The notes below the pieces were generated by a model. It made no database searches. It was not told where the DNA came from and saw only the letters and a program-made list of their open reading frames with translations. From Escherichia coli (lineage in GTDB: Bacteria; Pseudomonadota; Gammaproteobacteria; Enterobacterales; Enterobacteriaceae), in NCBI RefSeq assembly GCF_041886205.1, contig NZ_CP169029.1: DNA of 64,000 nucleotides; one strand, given 5' to 3'. The position numbers and the translations under genes are program-made. Below are positions 17,520 through 29,304 of this stretch, piece after piece; the stretch's first letter is position 1, and every line of letters starts with the position of its first letter.

Positions 17520-18281
17520 TTACAGCAGACGACGCGCCGCTTCCACCACGATTTTCACCGCATGGCTTTCGGTTTGTTTCATCGTCTCAGCATTCGGGAT
17601 CTCTTGCTGGGTGCGGTTAACGATAACACCCGCTACCATACCGGCACGCAGGCCCTGACTTGCACACATGGTCAGCAGGGTTGCAGATTCCATTTCATAG
17701 TTCATTACGCCCATCGCCTGCCACTCTTCCATAGAACCTTTAAAGTGACGAACTACGCGACCAGAGTAAGTATCGTAACGTTCCTGGCCTGGGTAGAAGG
17801 TATCAGAAGAAGCCGTCACGCCAACGTGAGTCGTCGCGCCAATGGATTTCGCCGCTTCAACCAGCGCAGTCGTACATTCGAAATCAGCGACAGCCGGGAA
17901 TTCCAGCGGTGCGAAGTGCAGGCTCGCGCCATCCAGACGGACAGACGCCGTGGTAACCAGGACATCACCCACATTAATATGCGGCTGAATAGCGCCCGTT
18001 GTACCGATACGCAGGAAGGTGCGAATGCCCAGCTGTGCCAGCTCTTCAACAGCAATAGAGGTAGACGGGCCACCGATACCGGTAGAGCAGACGATAACAG
18101 GTTTACCATCCAGCTCTGCACGCCAGGTGGTGAATTCGCGGTGAGATGCCAGCTTAACCGGCTTATCCATCAGCGCGGCGATCTTTTCCACACGATCCGG
18201 GTCGCCAGGGACGATGGCAAGCGTAGCCCCTTGTAAATCGTTTTTAGTGAGGCCGAGATGAAAAACATCAGACTTGGACAT
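17520..18281 (-). CDS. udp: Uridine phosphorylase Udp
   Basis: 253-aa product from [31 protein letters not shown]... Confidence 0.95.
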   Translation of the reverse strand: MSKSDVFHLGLTKNDLQGATLAIVPGDPDRVEKIAALMDKPVKLASHREFTTWRAELDGKPVIVCSTGIGGPSTSIAVEELAQLGIRTFLRIGTTGAIQPHINVGDVLVTTASVRLDGASLHFAPLEFPAVADFECTTALVEAAKSIGATTHVGVTASSDTFYPGQERYDTYSGRVVRHFKGSMEEWQAMGVMNYEMESATLLTMCASQGLRAGMVAGVIVNRTQQEIPNAETMKQTESHAVKIVVEAARRLL

Positions 18282-18542
18282 ATACAACTCCTCTGTGAAT
18301 CGGTTTAGTCAGAAGAAGCAAAAAGACACTTTACCGAAGGGTTTAACATTTTTTCGTGATACTCATCACCATGACGCAAATGCGTTGCATAAATTTACCC
18401 ACCAAAAGTGATTCAAATCACATAAATCACTCTTCATTCTGCAGGACTGCATAAAAGATGAGCCGATTCAGGCAATGTGATTTGTTGCATGCTGACTATA
18501 GTTAACATTGCGCAACATTTTTATAAGGGTACGGAGAATACC

Positions 18543-19358
18543 ATGGCAACAACACAACAATCTGGATTTGCACCTGCTGCATCGCCTCTCGCTTCGACCA
18601 TCGTTCAGACCCCGGACGACGCGATTGTGGCGGGCTTCACCTCTATCCCTTCACAAGGGGATAACATGCCTGCTTACCATGCCAGACCAAAGCAAAGCGA
18701 TGCCCCACTGCCAGTGGTCATTGTAGTGCAGGAAATTTTTGGCGTGCATGAACATATCCGCGACATTTGTCGCCGTCTGGCGCTGGAGGGGTATCTGGCT
18801 ATCGCACCTGAACTTTACTTCCGCGAAGGCGATCCGAATGATTTTGCCGATATCCCCACGTTGCTTAGCGGTCTGGTAGCAAAAGTGCCTGACTCGCAGG
18901 TGCTGGCCGATCTCGATCATGTCGCCAGTTGGGCTTCCCGCAACGGCGGCGATGTTCATCGTTTAATGATCACCGGATTCTGCTGGGGTGGACGTATCAC
19001 CTGGCTGTATGCCGCGCATAATCCACAGCTAAAAGCTGCAGTGGCGTGGTACGGCAAACTGACGGGCGACAAGTCGCTGAATTCACCGAAACAACCTGTT
19101 GATATCGCAACCGATCTTAACGCGCCGGTTCTCGGCTTATATGGCGGTCTGGATAACAGTATTCCGCAGGAGAGCGTTGAAACCATGCGCCAGGCGCTGC
19201 GGGCTGCTAATGCGAAAGCAGAGATTATCGTGTACCCGGATGCCGGGCATGCATTCAACGCTGATTATCGCCCGAGCTATCATGCCGAATCTGCGAAAGA
19301 TGGCTGGCAGCGAATGTTGGAATGGTTTAAGCGGTATGGTGGGAAGAAGTCGCTGTAA
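18543..19358 (+). CDS. ysgA: Dienelactone hydrolase-family protein YsgA
   Basis: 271-aa product from [18 protein letters not shown]..., preceded by GGAGAA; the ORF-track start at 18477 is an upstream extension. Confidence 0.88.
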   Translation: MATTQQSGFAPAASPLASTIVQTPDDAIVAGFTSIPSQGDNMPAYHARPKQSDAPLPVVIVVQEIFGVHEHIRDICRRLALEGYLAIAPELYFREGDPNDFADIPTLLSGLVAKVPDSQVLADLDHVASWASRNGGDVHRLMITGFCWGGRITWLYAAHNPQLKAAVAWYGKLTGDKSLNSPKQPVDIATDLNAPVLGLYGGLDNSIPQESVETMRQALRAANAKAEIIVYPDAGHAFNADYRPSYHAESAKDGWQRMLEWFKRYGGKKSL

Positions 19359-19397
19359 TGAGAAAAGACCGGGTGGTATTACCACCCGGTTTGGATT

Positions 19398-21659
19398 TTA
19401 CCCCCGACGCAAGTTCTGCGCCGCCTGCACCATGTTCGCCAGTGCCGCGCGGGTTTCTGGCCAGCCGCGCGTTTTCAGGCCACAGTCCGGGTTGACCCAC
19501 AGGCGCTCTGCCGGAATGCGTTTTGCCGCTTTCTTCAGCAGGGCTTTAATCCATTCCACGCTCGGTACGTTTGGCGAGTGAATGTCATAGACGCCTGGAC
19601 CGATTTCATTCGGATAATCAAACTCTTCGAACGACTCCAGCAACTCCATGTCAGAACGCGAAGTTTCGATGGTAATCACATCCGCATCCAGCGCCGCAAT
19701 GGAATCCATGATGTCGTTGAACTCGCAATAACACATGTGAGTGTGGATTTGTGTGTCATCTTTCGCCACGGCGGCGTTGATACGGAAGGCCTCTACGCCC
19801 CACTGGAGATAGGCGTCCCAGTCGCTACGACGCAGCGGTAAACCTTCGCGCAGCGCCGGTTCGTCAATCTGGATGATACCAATCCCTGCCGCTTCCAGAT
19901 CGGCCACCTCATCACGCAGCGCCAGCGCAATCTGTTTGGCGATGGTTTCACGGCTGACATCTTCACGCGGGAACGACCAGCAGAGTATGGTCACCGGCCC
20001 CGTCAGCATCCCTTTCACCGGTTTGTCGGTCAGCGATTGCGCATACTTCGCCCACTCCACGGTAATCGGTGCCGGGCGGCTAATGTCACCAATGACAATC
20101 GGTGGCTTCACGCAGCGGGAACCGTAGCTCTGTACCCAACCGTTTTGCGTAAAGACAAATCCGTCGAGGTGCTCGCCAAAGTATTCCACCATGTCATTAC
20201 GCTCGGCCTCGCCATGTACCAGCACATCCAGTCCCAAACGTTCCTGCTCAACAATGGCCTGCTTGATATGTTCCGCAATGCCCGTGCGGTAGTTGTTGGC
20301 GTCGAGATTACCCTTTTTGAAATCCAGACGCAGGGTACGAATTTCCGTGGTTTGCGGGAAAGAACCAATCGTGGTGGTCGGCCACGCTGGCAGTTTAAAA
20401 CGCGCACGCTGGGCTTCGGCACGCACTTCATAGACATTCGCACGCTGGCTGTCCTGGGCGGTGATCGCCGCCAGACGCTTTTCTACCGCCGGATTATGTA
20501 CACGAGTAGAGTGACGACGCGCCTGAATTGGGGCGCTCCACTCTGCCAGAGCTGCCGTGTCACCACTGTTCAGCGCATCGCGCAGCAGTGCCAGTTCATG
20601 GCATTTTTGTAGGGCGAAGGCAAACCAGCTTTTCACTTCTGCATCAAGACGCGTTTCCACGCTCAGGTCGATGGGGCTGTGCAGCAACGAGCAGGAAGAT
20701 GCCACCCACAAATCACGTTTGCCGACAATGTCCTTAATTTGCGCATATTTCTCGGTAAGATCGGCGCGCCAGACGTTACGACCATTGATCAGACCCGCAG
20801 ACAGCAACCAGTCAGAAGGTAGGCGCTTGTGCAGTTCAGCAACGTCATCTTTACCATGTACAAGGTCCACATGCAGCCCCTGAACAGGCAGCGCAGTAAT
20901 CGTGTCGAGGTTTGGCGTTACGCCTTCAAAATAGGTGGTCAGCAGCAGTTTCACCTGGCCCTGGAGCGCGTCGTAAGCGGGTTTGTATGCGTCCAGCCAC
21001 GCCTGCGGTAGTTCCAGTACCAGCGCGGGTTCGTCGATCTGTACCCACTCAATGCCGCGTTTTGCCAGTTCTGCCAGCACTTGCTGATAAACCGGCAGAA
21101 TGTCGTTCAGCAGGCTCAGGCGGTCAAATTGTTCACCTTTCACTTTCCCCAGCCACAGCCAGGTAACCGGCCCCAGCAGCACAGGTTTCACCTTGTGGCC
21201 CAGCGCCAGCGCCTCGTCCACTTCGTCCAGCAGCTGCGTCCAGGTCAGTTTGAACTGTTGGCCTTTAACGAACTCCGGCACCATGTAGTGATAGTTGGTG
21301 TTAAACCATTTGGTCATTTCCGCTGCCGCCGCAGGTTCGCCAGTTGGCGCACGTCCACGACCAATACGGAACAGGGTGTCGATATCTACCGAACCATCTT
21401 TGTTCTGATGACGTGGCGGAACATTACCCAGCAGCAGACTGGTGGTCAGTACATGATCATACCAGGCAAAATCGCCCACCGGCAGCAGGTCGATACCCGC
21501 TTGCTTTTGTTGATCCCAGTGACGAGCACGCAATTCACGCCCTACCGCCAGCAGTTCTTCACGCGTGGAGTTCCCCGCCCAATAACTCTCTTGCGCTTTT
21601 TTCAGCTCGCGACGCAGGCCAACGCGAGGGAAACCGAGGGTGTGATTAAGAATTGTCAT
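19398..21659 (-). CDS. metE: Cobalamin-independent methionine synthase MetE
   Basis: 753-aa [32 protein letters not shown]... Confidence 0.97.
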   Translation of the reverse strand: MTILNHTLGFPRVGLRRELKKAQESYWAGNSTREELLAVGRELRARHWDQQKQAGIDLLPVGDFAWYDHVLTTSLLLGNVPPRHQNKDGSVDIDTLFRIGRGRAPTGEPAAAAEMTKWFNTNYHYMVPEFVKGQQFKLTWTQLLDEVDEALALGHKVKPVLLGPVTWLWLGKVKGEQFDRLSLLNDILPVYQQVLAELAKRGIEWVQIDEPALVLELPQAWLDAYKPAYDALQGQVKLLLTTYFEGVTPNLDTITALPVQGLHVDLVHGKDDVAELHKRLPSDWLLSAGLINGRNVWRADLTEKYAQIKDIVGKRDLWVASSCSLLHSPIDLSVETRLDAEVKSWFAFALQKCHELALLRDALNSGDTAALAEWSAPIQARRHSTRVHNPAVEKRLAAITAQDSQRANVYEVRAEAQRARFKLPAWPTTTIGSFPQTTEIRTLRLDFKKGNLDANNYRTGIAEHIKQAIVEQERLGLDVLVHGEAERNDMVEYFGEHLDGFVFTQNGWVQSYGSRCVKPPIVIGDISRPAPITVEWAKYAQSLTDKPVKGMLTGPVTILCWSFPREDVSRETIAKQIALALRDEVADLEAAGIGIIQIDEPALREGLPLRRSDWDAYLQWGVEAFRINAAVAKDDTQIHTHMCYCEFNDIMDSIAALDADVITIETSRSDMELLESFEEFDYPNEIGPGVYDIHSPNVPSVEWIKALLKKAAKRIPAERLWVNPDCGLKTRGWPETRAALANMVQAAQNLRRG

Positions 21660-21776
21660 TATATGCCCCTTATGGAATTTTTAGTATTTAGCCGTCCAGA
21701 TGTTTACACATCCATAATTGGCGGTTACTGTATATTCCTCAAGCGCAAATTATTCATGCCGAAGTGAAGGACTTTC

Positions 21777-22730
21777 ATGATCGAAGTAAAACACCTGAAA
21801 ACGCTACAAGCGTTGCGGAACTGCGGCTCTCTCGCAGCCGCTGCGGCGACGTTGCATCAGACGCAATCCGCCCTGTCTCACCAGTTTAGCGATCTGGAAC
21901 AACGCCTTGGCTTCCGGCTATTTGTGCGTAAGAGCCAGCCGCTACGCTTTACACCGCAGGGAGAAATCCTGTTGCAACTGGCAAACCAGGTGCTGCCGCA
22001 AATCAGCCAGGCACTGCAAGCCTGCAATGAACCGCAGCAGACGCGTCTGCGCATTGCCATTGAGTGCCATAGCTGTATTCAGTGGCTGACGCCCGCGTTA
22101 GAAAATTTCCATAAGAACTGGCCGCAGGTAGAGATGGATTTTAAATCGGGCGTGACGTTTGACCCGCAGCCTGCGTTGCAACAGGGCGAGCTGGATCTGG
22201 TGATGACCTCCGATATCCTGCCGCGCAGTGGCCTGCATTATTCGCCGATGTTCGATTATGAAGTACGCCTGGTGTTAGCGCCTGACCATCCACTGGCGGC
22301 AAAAACGCGTATTACACCGGAAGATCTCGCCAGCGAGACGCTATTAATTTATCCGGTGCAGCGTAGTCGACTGGATGTCTGGCGGCATTTTCTTCAGCCG
22401 GCAGGCGTCAGCCCGTCACTGAAAAGCGTCGATAACACCTTATTGTTGATTCAGATGGTTGCCGCGCGGATGGGTATTGCCGCGCTACCGCATTGGGTAG
22501 TAGAGAGTTTTGAGCGCCAGGGTCTGGTGGTCACCAAAACCCTGGGCGAAGGCTTGTGGAGCCGACTGTACGCCGCCGTGCGCGATGGCGAGCAGCGTCA
22601 GCCGATTACAGAAGCATTTATTCGCTCAGCGCGCAATCACGCCTGCGATCATCTGCCGTTTGTGAAGAGCGCGGAGCGACCCACTTACGATGCACCCACA
22701 GTGAGGCCAGGATCACCAGCGCGCCTGTAA
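21777..22730 (+). CDS. metR: LysR-family transcriptional activator MetR
   Basis: 317-aa [44 protein letters not shown]... with HTH; divergent from metE. Confidence 0.95.
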   Translation: MIEVKHLKTLQALRNCGSLAAAAATLHQTQSALSHQFSDLEQRLGFRLFVRKSQPLRFTPQGEILLQLANQVLPQISQALQACNEPQQTRLRIAIECHSCIQWLTPALENFHKNWPQVEMDFKSGVTFDPQPALQQGELDLVMTSDILPRSGLHYSPMFDYEVRLVLAPDHPLAAKTRITPEDLASETLLIYPVQRSRLDVWRHFLQPAGVSPSLKSVDNTLLLIQMVAARMGIAALPHWVVESFERQGLVVTKTLGEGLWSRLYAAVRDGEQRQPITEAFIRSARNHACDHLPFVKSAERPTYDAPTVRPGSPARL

Positions 22731-23517
22731 TAAACGTTGGCCAGTGCGGCTGTTGGTGCCAGATAGCCAGGTTAACCAGCAGCCCTGCCGGAACGTGCAT
22801 ATTATTCATAATGCCCAGCGTTCCGGCGTCCACCTGCGTCGCGCCGTAGTTCCACATAAAGTAGCCAATCCCGGAAGCCACCACGCCAAGAAACACCAGA
22901 ATGCCCCATTGCAGCGTGGTTTGCGGCATTTTCTGCGCATTTCCCAGCAAGAACCATGCAATTACCGCCACCAGGAACGCGCCAAGATAGAACCACGCAA
23001 AGGCGTTATGCTGCGGCATCGGGCGAGTTTCCATCAGGCGTTTGTAACCCACCATGCCGATGGCAAAAGTGATATTGGAGAGTTGCACCAGCAACAAGCC
23101 AGTCCAGAAATGGTCGGTGACCTGATCATAGCGAATAATCCCGGCACCAATCACCGCCAACAAGGCACTAAAAGCATATCCCCAGCGCAGACGGCGCTTA
23201 CTCATGATGTCATAAATCAGCGTGATGTAGAGCGGCGTCAGTACGGTGAACAACAGCAGTTCGGAGACCGTCAGGTAGAGATAGGCGCGGAAACTCAGCA
23301 TATACATCACGCCAAGCTGCATCGCGCCCACCAGCATATACAGGCCGACTGTTTTCAGGCTATTGCCACGGGTACGCAGAAACGGCAGAAAAACGAGCGC
23401 CGCCAGGCCAACTCGCACCAGCACCGCAAAATAGCTATCGACGTGCCCCGCAAGGTACTCGCCATAAAAGCTAAAGGAGAAGGCCCACAGAATCGTGGTG
23501 ATGATAAGTAGCGCCAC
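22618..23517 (-). CDS. yigM: EamA/DMT-family membrane transporter YigM (BioP)
   Basis: 299-aa [20 protein letters not shown]..., about 10 TM segments; its 3' end overlaps the metR 3' end by 113 nt (convergent). Confidence 0.9.
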   Translation of the reverse strand: MALLIITTILWAFSFSFYGEYLAGHVDSYFAVLVRVGLAALVFLPFLRTRGNSLKTVGLYMLVGAMQLGVMYMLSFRAYLYLTVSELLLFTVLTPLYITLIYDIMSKRRLRWGYAFSALLAVIGAGIIRYDQVTDHFWTGLLLVQLSNITFAIGMVGYKRLMETRPMPQHNAFAWFYLGAFLVAVIAWFLLGNAQKMPQTTLQWGILVFLGVVASGIGYFMWNYGATQVDAGTLGIMNNMHVPAGLLVNLAIWHQQPHWPTFITGALVILASLWVHRKWVAPRSSQTADDRRRDCALSE

Positions 23518-23608
23518 ACTGGAAAACTCTTTGATTAACGAGTATCCATTGTAGCGAAGTATCAGGTTGACAACTGTTTAATGTTTGCTCAATCGTGTGC
23601 GTTTTTAC

Positions 23609-23941
23609 TCATCGTCCAACGTTACCCGCTGCAACGAAAAGTAGTTGATTAATAATGGATTCACGCGCGCTCTCCACGCTCAGATTCCAGTACTTGGTGT
23701 CGAGAGCCAGTTTCATAAAAGGCGCGTGCCAGTCTTGTTCTCTTTTTTCAAAAACCACTTCAGCGACTTTATAGCCCGTCCAGCTACGATACAAATGCAA
23801 AACGTTATTCTCAAAATAGATAAACCATTTGTATTCCATCGCTGGAGGAATAAACCCCATTTCCAGATTACGCATTTGCGCTTCATCTAACGTCAAATTA
23901 AGCTCAACCCTCTGCCAGTCAACGGTAAATGCTTTGAGGTT
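23609..23941 (-). CDS. Candidate small protein of unknown function (110 aa) between yigL and yigM
   Basis: ORF from ATG 23939..23941 (MTKATKQSWHNLKAFTVDWQRVELNLTLDEAQMRNLEMGF...) with AGGGA about 9 nt upstream; fits exactly in the gap between the yigL terminator hairpin and the yigM start; no family recognised. Confidence 0.35.
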   Translation of the reverse strand, partial: NLKAFTVDWQRVELNLTLDEAQMRNLEMGFIPPAMEYKWFIYFENNVLHLYRSWTGYKVAEVVFEKREQDWHAPFMKLALDTKYWNLSVESARESIINQLLFVAAGNVGR

Positions 23942-24035
23942 ATGCCAGCTTTGCTTCGTCGCTTTTGTCATGCGTATTCCCTGCCTGGTTTTTAAGTGCT
24001 CTCCCGCAATCAACGTAATGCGGGAGAGGCTGGCA

Positions 24036-24836
24036 TTAACTGAGATAGAGTTTACGCAGATAATGCGGTACCGCGTCGTCGGCATTAGTACCAATCACTT
24101 CCAGCTCTGGATGCAGATCTTTCAGCCGTTGATGCGCGCTGCCCATAATGCAGCCTTTCCCCGCCATCGACAGCATTTCGGCGTCGTTCATCCCGTCACC
24201 AAAGGCAATACAATCCTTCAGGCTGTAGCCCAGTTTCTTCGCCACCGCTTCCAGCGCATGGCCTTTCGACACGCCGCCCGCCATCACTTCCAGACAGGTT
24301 AAGGTAGAGAAACTGACGTTGACGCGATCGCCCCAGCGAGCGTTAATCGCCTGCTCCAGCGGCAGCAGTTGTTCATGGGAATCGCAGGTGAAGAACACTT
24401 TGCTGACGCCTTCCGGCTCCAGTAATCCAGGCTCATACAGCGCATATTTGAACACCGCTTCTTTAAAAAAGCGCATCTCTTCCGGGCGATGGCGATTCAT
24501 AAACCATTCGTCGTCGCGATAAACGTTAGTAATGATGTCCGGATTGTCGTTGACCACACCAAACAGATCGCTGGCAATGTCGCGATCCAGGTTATGAGCA
24601 AAAATCAGATTACCATCCAGATCGTGAACGCGCGCGCCATTGGAGGTAATCATGTAAGACTTGATCTCCAGATTATCGCGAATTTGCCCCACATCGACGT
24701 GATGGCGACCAGTCGCAAACACAAAGTTGATACCGCGCGCGGTAAGCAGCTTCAGAGTTTCTTTGGCGTAAGGAGATAACGTATGGTCGGGAGAAAGTAA
24801 CGTGCCATCTAAATCAGACGCAACAACCTGGTACAT
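24036..24836 (-). CDS. yigL: HAD-superfamily (Cof-like) sugar-phosphate phosphatase YigL
   Basis: 266-aa product from MYQVVASDLDGTLLSPDHTL... with HAD motif DxDGT; the ORF-track start at 24962 is an upstream extension into pldB. Confidence 0.93.
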   Translation of the reverse strand: MYQVVASDLDGTLLSPDHTLSPYAKETLKLLTARGINFVFATGRHHVDVGQIRDNLEIKSYMITSNGARVHDLDGNLIFAHNLDRDIASDLFGVVNDNPDIITNVYRDDEWFMNRHRPEEMRFFKEAVFKYALYEPGLLEPEGVSKVFFTCDSHEQLLPLEQAINARWGDRVNVSFSTLTCLEVMAGGVSKGHALEAVAKKLGYSLKDCIAFGDGMNDAEMLSMAGKGCIMGSAHQRLKDLHPELEVIGTNADDAVPHYLRKLYLS

Positions 24837-24843
24837 AAGAAAT

Positions 24844-25866
24844 TTAAACCTCTGTAGAGCGGTTTCCGCTGGGTGAGTTATGCCTGTTGAAAAAATCAAC
24901 AATGGCGTGGAGCGCGACTGAGCGCATTGCGTCCTTTTCAAAAAGGATCTCATGGTAAGCACCTTTAATTACCAACGGTCGTCCCCCTTCGACAGGATAG
25001 CCCGCGGCGGTGCGGAGTTCACAAAAACGGTCATGCATGCGGTTATCCACCACGCGTTCCTCTTCAGCCTGCAAGAGAAGCGTTGGCGTGGCGTCATCAC
25101 CCGCACCGGCTAACACCTGTTCGCCAGCCAGAATACTTTCGCGTACCCAATGGTAGGTCGGCCCACCGACGCGAATCGTTGGGTCATCAGCATAGAAGCG
25201 TAAGTTACGTCGATATCGCTGTCTGCTGTGGGTCAGTACGTTGATAGCAAACGGCAACGCGCGCCAGCGCCCGGTGCCTATTGCATAGCCATCACGGAAA
25301 CGTGGATGCGCTTCGGCCCAGTTGAGGATCTGCCGTGCCATAAATGACGGCATACGAATCACGATCCCAAACATTGGCGCAGTTAGCGCAATGGCGTCAC
25401 ATACACCTGGATGGCGTTGCAGAAATAATGTGGAGATCGCACCGCCCATCGAATGTGCCAGTATATAGCGTTTACGCCACGGACCGGGCTGAACCTCCTG
25501 CTGCCAGAATGCCGCCAGATCATCAACATAATCATTAAAGCGATTAACATGCCCGAGATGCGGATCGGCTAACAGGCGACCGGAACGTCCCTGCCCGCGA
25601 TGGTCGATGATTAAGACATCAAACCCCAAATGGAACAGGTCGTAGGCCAGTTCCGCATATTTTACGTAGCTCTCAATACGCCCCGGGCAGATGACTACCA
25701 CCCGGTCATGGTGCTGTGCGCGAAAACGGACAAAGCGCACCGGAATGTCATCCACACCAGTAAACTCTGCTTCATCACGCTGACGCCAGAAATCAGTCAG
25801 CGGTCCCATGGTAAAAGCAGCAAACGCGTTTTCTCTTGTTTCCCAGTCTTTTTGCTGCTGAAACAT
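24844..25866 (-). CDS. pldB: Lysophospholipase L2 PldB
   Basis: 340-aa ORF MFQQQKDWETRENAFAAFTMGPLTDFWRQRDE...; alpha/beta hydrolase with GHSMGG. Confidence 0.95.
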   Translation of the reverse strand: MFQQQKDWETRENAFAAFTMGPLTDFWRQRDEAEFTGVDDIPVRFVRFRAQHHDRVVVICPGRIESYVKYAELAYDLFHLGFDVLIIDHRGQGRSGRLLADPHLGHVNRFNDYVDDLAAFWQQEVQPGPWRKRYILAHSMGGAISTLFLQRHPGVCDAIALTAPMFGIVIRMPSFMARQILNWAEAHPRFRDGYAIGTGRWRALPFAINVLTHSRQRYRRNLRFYADDPTIRVGGPTYHWVRESILAGEQVLAGAGDDATPTLLLQAEEERVVDNRMHDRFCELRTAAGYPVEGGRPLVIKGAYHEILFEKDAMRSVALHAIVDFFNRHNSPSGNRSTEV

Positions 25867-25976
25867 CGGGTAATCTGCCTCTTAAACCACGTAAAATCGT
25901 TTTTTTTAGCGTGCCTGACACAACGCTGCGACAGTAGCGTATTGTGGCACAAAAATAGACACACCGGGAGTTCATC

Positions 25977-26597
25977 ATGACCTTAGAATGGTGGTTTGCC
26001 TACCTGCTGACATCGATCATTTTAAGCCTGTCGCCAGGCTCTGGTGCAATCAACACTATGACCACCTCGCTCAACCACGGTTATCGCGGCGCGGTGGCGT
26101 CTATTGCTGGGCTTCAGACCGGACTGGCGATTCATATTGTGCTGGTTGGCGTGGGGTTGGGGACGCTATTTTCCCGCTCAGTGATTGCGTTTGAAGTGTT
26201 GAAGTGGGCAGGCGCGGCTTACTTGATTTGGCTGGGAATACAGCAATGGCGCGCCGCTGGCGCAATTGATCTTAAATCGCTGGCCTCTACTCAATCACGT
26301 CGACATTTGTTCCAGCGCGCAGTTTTTGTGAATCTCACCAATCCCAAAAGTATTGTGTTTCTGGCGGCGCTATTTCCGCAATTCATCATGCCACAGCAGC
26401 CACAACTGATGCAGTATATCGTGCTCGGCGTCACCACTATTGTAGTCGATATTATTGTGATGATCGGTTACGCCACCCTTGCTCAACGGATTGCTCTATG
26501 GATTAAAGGACCAAAGCAGATGAAGGCGCTGAATAAGATTTTCGGCTCGTTGTTTATGCTGGTGGGAGCGCTGTTAGCATCGGCGAGGCATGCGTGA
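25977..26597 (+). CDS. rhtB: LysE/RhtB-family homoserine/homoserine-lactone exporter RhtB
   Basis: 206-aa [30 protein letters not shown]... Confidence 0.95.
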
Positions 26598-26606
26598 AAA
26601 ATAATG

Positions 26607-26640
26607 TCGGATGCGGCGTAAACGCCTTATCCGACTTACT
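26607..26640. repeat. REP element
   Basis: gtcggatgcggcgtaaacgccttatccgac palindrome between the convergent rhtB and rhtC. Confidence 0.8.
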
Positions 26641-26658
26641 CTGAAGACGCGTCTGGCA

Positions 26659-27279
26659 TCACCGCGAAATAATCAAATGAATGCCAAATCCGGCAAATAA
26701 CGCCCCGGCAAAACCATCAATCCACTTCGCCAGACGTTGATAACCACGGCGCATTTGCGGCAGGGCAAACAGGCTGGCAACGACGGTAAACCACGCCAGT
26801 GTTTCGACAATAATCAACGCGAAAATGCCCCAGCGCGCGGTAGTGCCAACGTTATCGCCGACAAACAATGAGAATACCGAACCAAAATAGATAATCGCTT
26901 TCGGATTGGCGAGATTGGTCAGTAAGCCTTTCAGGAAACTGCGCCCGCTTTTCGCCAGCTCAATCTGTGGTGCAGGCGCAGATACAGCCTCTTTTTTCAG
27001 TGCACCGCGTAGCATCTGGTAACCCATCCAGCAGAGATACAGGCCTCCGCCAACCATAATCAGCGTATGCAGCCAGGCCATTTTTTCGATAATCAAATGC
27101 AGGCCAAGCAACGCAATCCCAGCCCAAACCATTACACCGCAGGTAATGCCCAGCACGCCCATCATCGCTTCTTTACGGGAACGACTGACAGCGGTCTGAG
27201 AGACAAAAAAGAAATCGGGACCGGGACTCATAAGCGCCACAATGTGCACCATGGCGACGGTGAGAAATAACATCAACAT
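26659..27279 (-). CDS. rhtC: LysE/RhtB-family threonine exporter RhtC
   Basis: 206-aa ORF MLMLFLTVAMVHIVALMSPGPDFFFV... Confidence 0.95.
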   Translation of the reverse strand: MLMLFLTVAMVHIVALMSPGPDFFFVSQTAVSRSRKEAMMGVLGITCGVMVWAGIALLGLHLIIEKMAWLHTLIMVGGGLYLCWMGYQMLRGALKKEAVSAPAPQIELAKSGRSFLKGLLTNLANPKAIIYFGSVFSLFVGDNVGTTARWGIFALIIVETLAWFTVVASLFALPQMRRGYQRLAKWIDGFAGALFAGFGIHLIISR

Positions 27280-27342
27280 ACATTTGACTCGCGGGGGAAA
27301 CGTTTACGGAGTCTTCATCCTGGCACTTTTTTATGCTGCTGA

Positions 27343-29172
27343 CTACTCTTCGTCGTCGCCATCGACATGCGCACGAATCAGCGCCATAAACGGTTTACCA
27401 AAGCGTTCCAGCTTGCGCATCCCAACGCCGTTAACGCTGAGCATTTCGCTGGCGGTGATCGGCATCTGTTCAGCCATCTCAATCAAGGTTGCGTCGTTAA
27501 ACACCACGTACGGCAGGACATTACTATCATCGGCAATCGATTTACGCAGTTTGCGTAATTTGGCGAACAGTTTGCGATCATAGTTGCCGCCGAACGATTT
27601 CTGCATCGCTTTCGGTTTGAGCGCCACGATACGCGGCACGGCAAGTTGCAAAGAGGATTCGCCGCGCAGCACCGGGCGCGCGGCCTCTGTCAGTTGTAGG
27701 GCAGAATGCTGGGCAATATTTTGCGTCACCAGGCCGAGGTGAATCAGCTGGCGGATCACGCTCACCCAATGTTCATGGCTTTTATCACGGCCCATGCCAT
27801 AGACTTTCAGTTTGTCATGACCATAGTCGCGGATACGCTGGTTATTAGCACCACGAATCACTTCCACCACATAACCCATCCCAAACCGCTGATTCACACG
27901 ACCAATGGTGGAAAGGGCAATCTGAGCATCGGTTGAACCGTCGTACTGTTTCGGCGGATCGAGGCAGATATCGCAGTTCCCGCACGGCTCCTGCCGCCCT
28001 TCGCCAAAATAGTTCAGCAATACCAGACGACGGCAAGTTTGCGCTTCGGCAAAAGCGCCCATCGCATTGAGTTTATGACGTTCGATATCCTGTAACTGCC
28101 CCTGCGGCTTCTCTTCCAGGCAACGGCGCAGCCACGCCATATCGGCCGGATCGTAAAACAGCATCGCTTCCGCGGGCAGGCCATCACGCCCGGCGCGACC
28201 GGTTTCCTGATAATAGGATTCGATATTGCGCGGAATATCAAAGTGGACCACGAAGCGAACGTTTGGTTTATTGATGCCCATGCCGAACGCCACCGTCGCC
28301 ACCACAATTTGCAGGTCATCGCGCTGGAATTTCTCCTGCACGTCGGCGCGGACATTATTTTCCAGCCCGGCATGATAGGCCGCCGCGCTAATACCCTTGC
28401 TTTGCAGGCGCGCAGCGGTGTCTTCTACTTTCGCCCGGCTGTTGCAGTAGATAATGCCGGACTTACCGCGCTGTTCCTGCACGTAGCGCATCAACTGATC
28501 GAGCGGTTTGAATTTCTCCATCAGCATGTAGCGAATATTCGGACGGTCAAAACTGCTGATTTGAATCAGCGGATCGTTCAGCCCCAGCAAGCGCACGATA
28601 TCCTGGCGCGTGGTGTCGTCGGCTGTGGCAGTCAGCGCCATAAACGGCAGCGTCGGGAACCGCTGGCGCAACTGACCGAGCGCGGCATATTCCGGGCGGA
28701 AATCGTGGCCCCATTGGGAGATACAGTGCGCTTCATCAACGGCTAATAACACCGGATTCCAGTGCGCCAGATGCTCAAGAAAGTTATCCAGCATCAGGCG
28801 TTCCGGCGCGATATAAAGCAGGCGGATTTGCCCGGTGCGACAGCCTGTCATCACTTCAAGTTGCTGCTCGCGGGTTTGCGTCGAGTTAAGGCACGCCGCC
28901 GCCACGCCGTTGGCTTGCAGTTGATCCACCTGATCTTTCATCAACGAAATCAGCGGTGAAACAACCACGGTAAGGCCGTTTAGCAATAAGGCAGGAATTT
29001 GATAGCAAAGGGATTTTCCGCCACCAGTGGGCATAACAACCAGACAATCGCGACCGGAAAGCACAGTGTCGATAATTTCTTCCTGGCCGGGGCGAAACTG
29101 TTGGTAGCCAAAGGTTTCTTGTAAAACCTGTTTAGCTCCGGACTCCAGATTCAACACTTCCGCCTGCGCCAC
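27343..29172 (-). CDS. recQ: ATP-dependent DNA helicase RecQ
   Basis: Walker A GGGKS, DEAH box, zinc-binding and HRDC regions; likely GTG start giving the 609-aa (M)[14 protein letters not shown]... product, with an in-frame ATG 6 nt upstream at 29178. Confidence 0.95.
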   Translation of the reverse strand: MAQAEVLNLESGAKQVLQETFGYQQFRPGQEEIIDTVLSGRDCLVVMPTGGGKSLCYQIPALLLNGLTVVVSPLISLMKDQVDQLQANGVAAACLNSTQTREQQLEVMTGCRTGQIRLLYIAPERLMLDNFLEHLAHWNPVLLAVDEAHCISQWGHDFRPEYAALGQLRQRFPTLPFMALTATADDTTRQDIVRLLGLNDPLIQISSFDRPNIRYMLMEKFKPLDQLMRYVQEQRGKSGIIYCNSRAKVEDTAARLQSKGISAAAYHAGLENNVRADVQEKFQRDDLQIVVATVAFGMGINKPNVRFVVHFDIPRNIESYYQETGRAGRDGLPAEAMLFYDPADMAWLRRCLEEKPQGQLQDIERHKLNAMGAFAEAQTCRRLVLLNYFGEGRQEPCGNCDICLDPPKQYDGSTDAQIALSTIGRVNQRFGMGYVVEVIRGANNQRIRDYGHDKLKVYGMGRDKSHEHWVSVIRQLIHLGLVTQNIAQHSALQLTEAARPVLRGESSLQLAVPRIVALKPKAMQKSFGGNYDRKLFAKLRKLRKSIADDSNVLPYVVFNDATLIEMAEQMPITASEMLSVNGVGMRKLERFGKPFMALIRAHVDGDDEE

Positions 29173-29304
29173 ATTCACCCCGATTGCCTGAAATAAAAAC
29201 AGGCGCTATTTTCAGCGCCTGCGCGAGAAACTGCAATGCTTTTAGTCTCTGAGAGGGTAATCCTGGATGATGGATTCCAGATTTGCCAACCACTCAACCG
29301 TTCA

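Noticed and set aside
17562-18236. 224-aa ORF on the + strand
   Set aside because: Antisense to udp, which matches uridine phosphorylase end to end.
22744-23511. 255-aa ORF on the + strand
   Set aside because: Antisense to the yigM membrane-transporter gene; low-complexity, Arg/His/Gln-rich composition.
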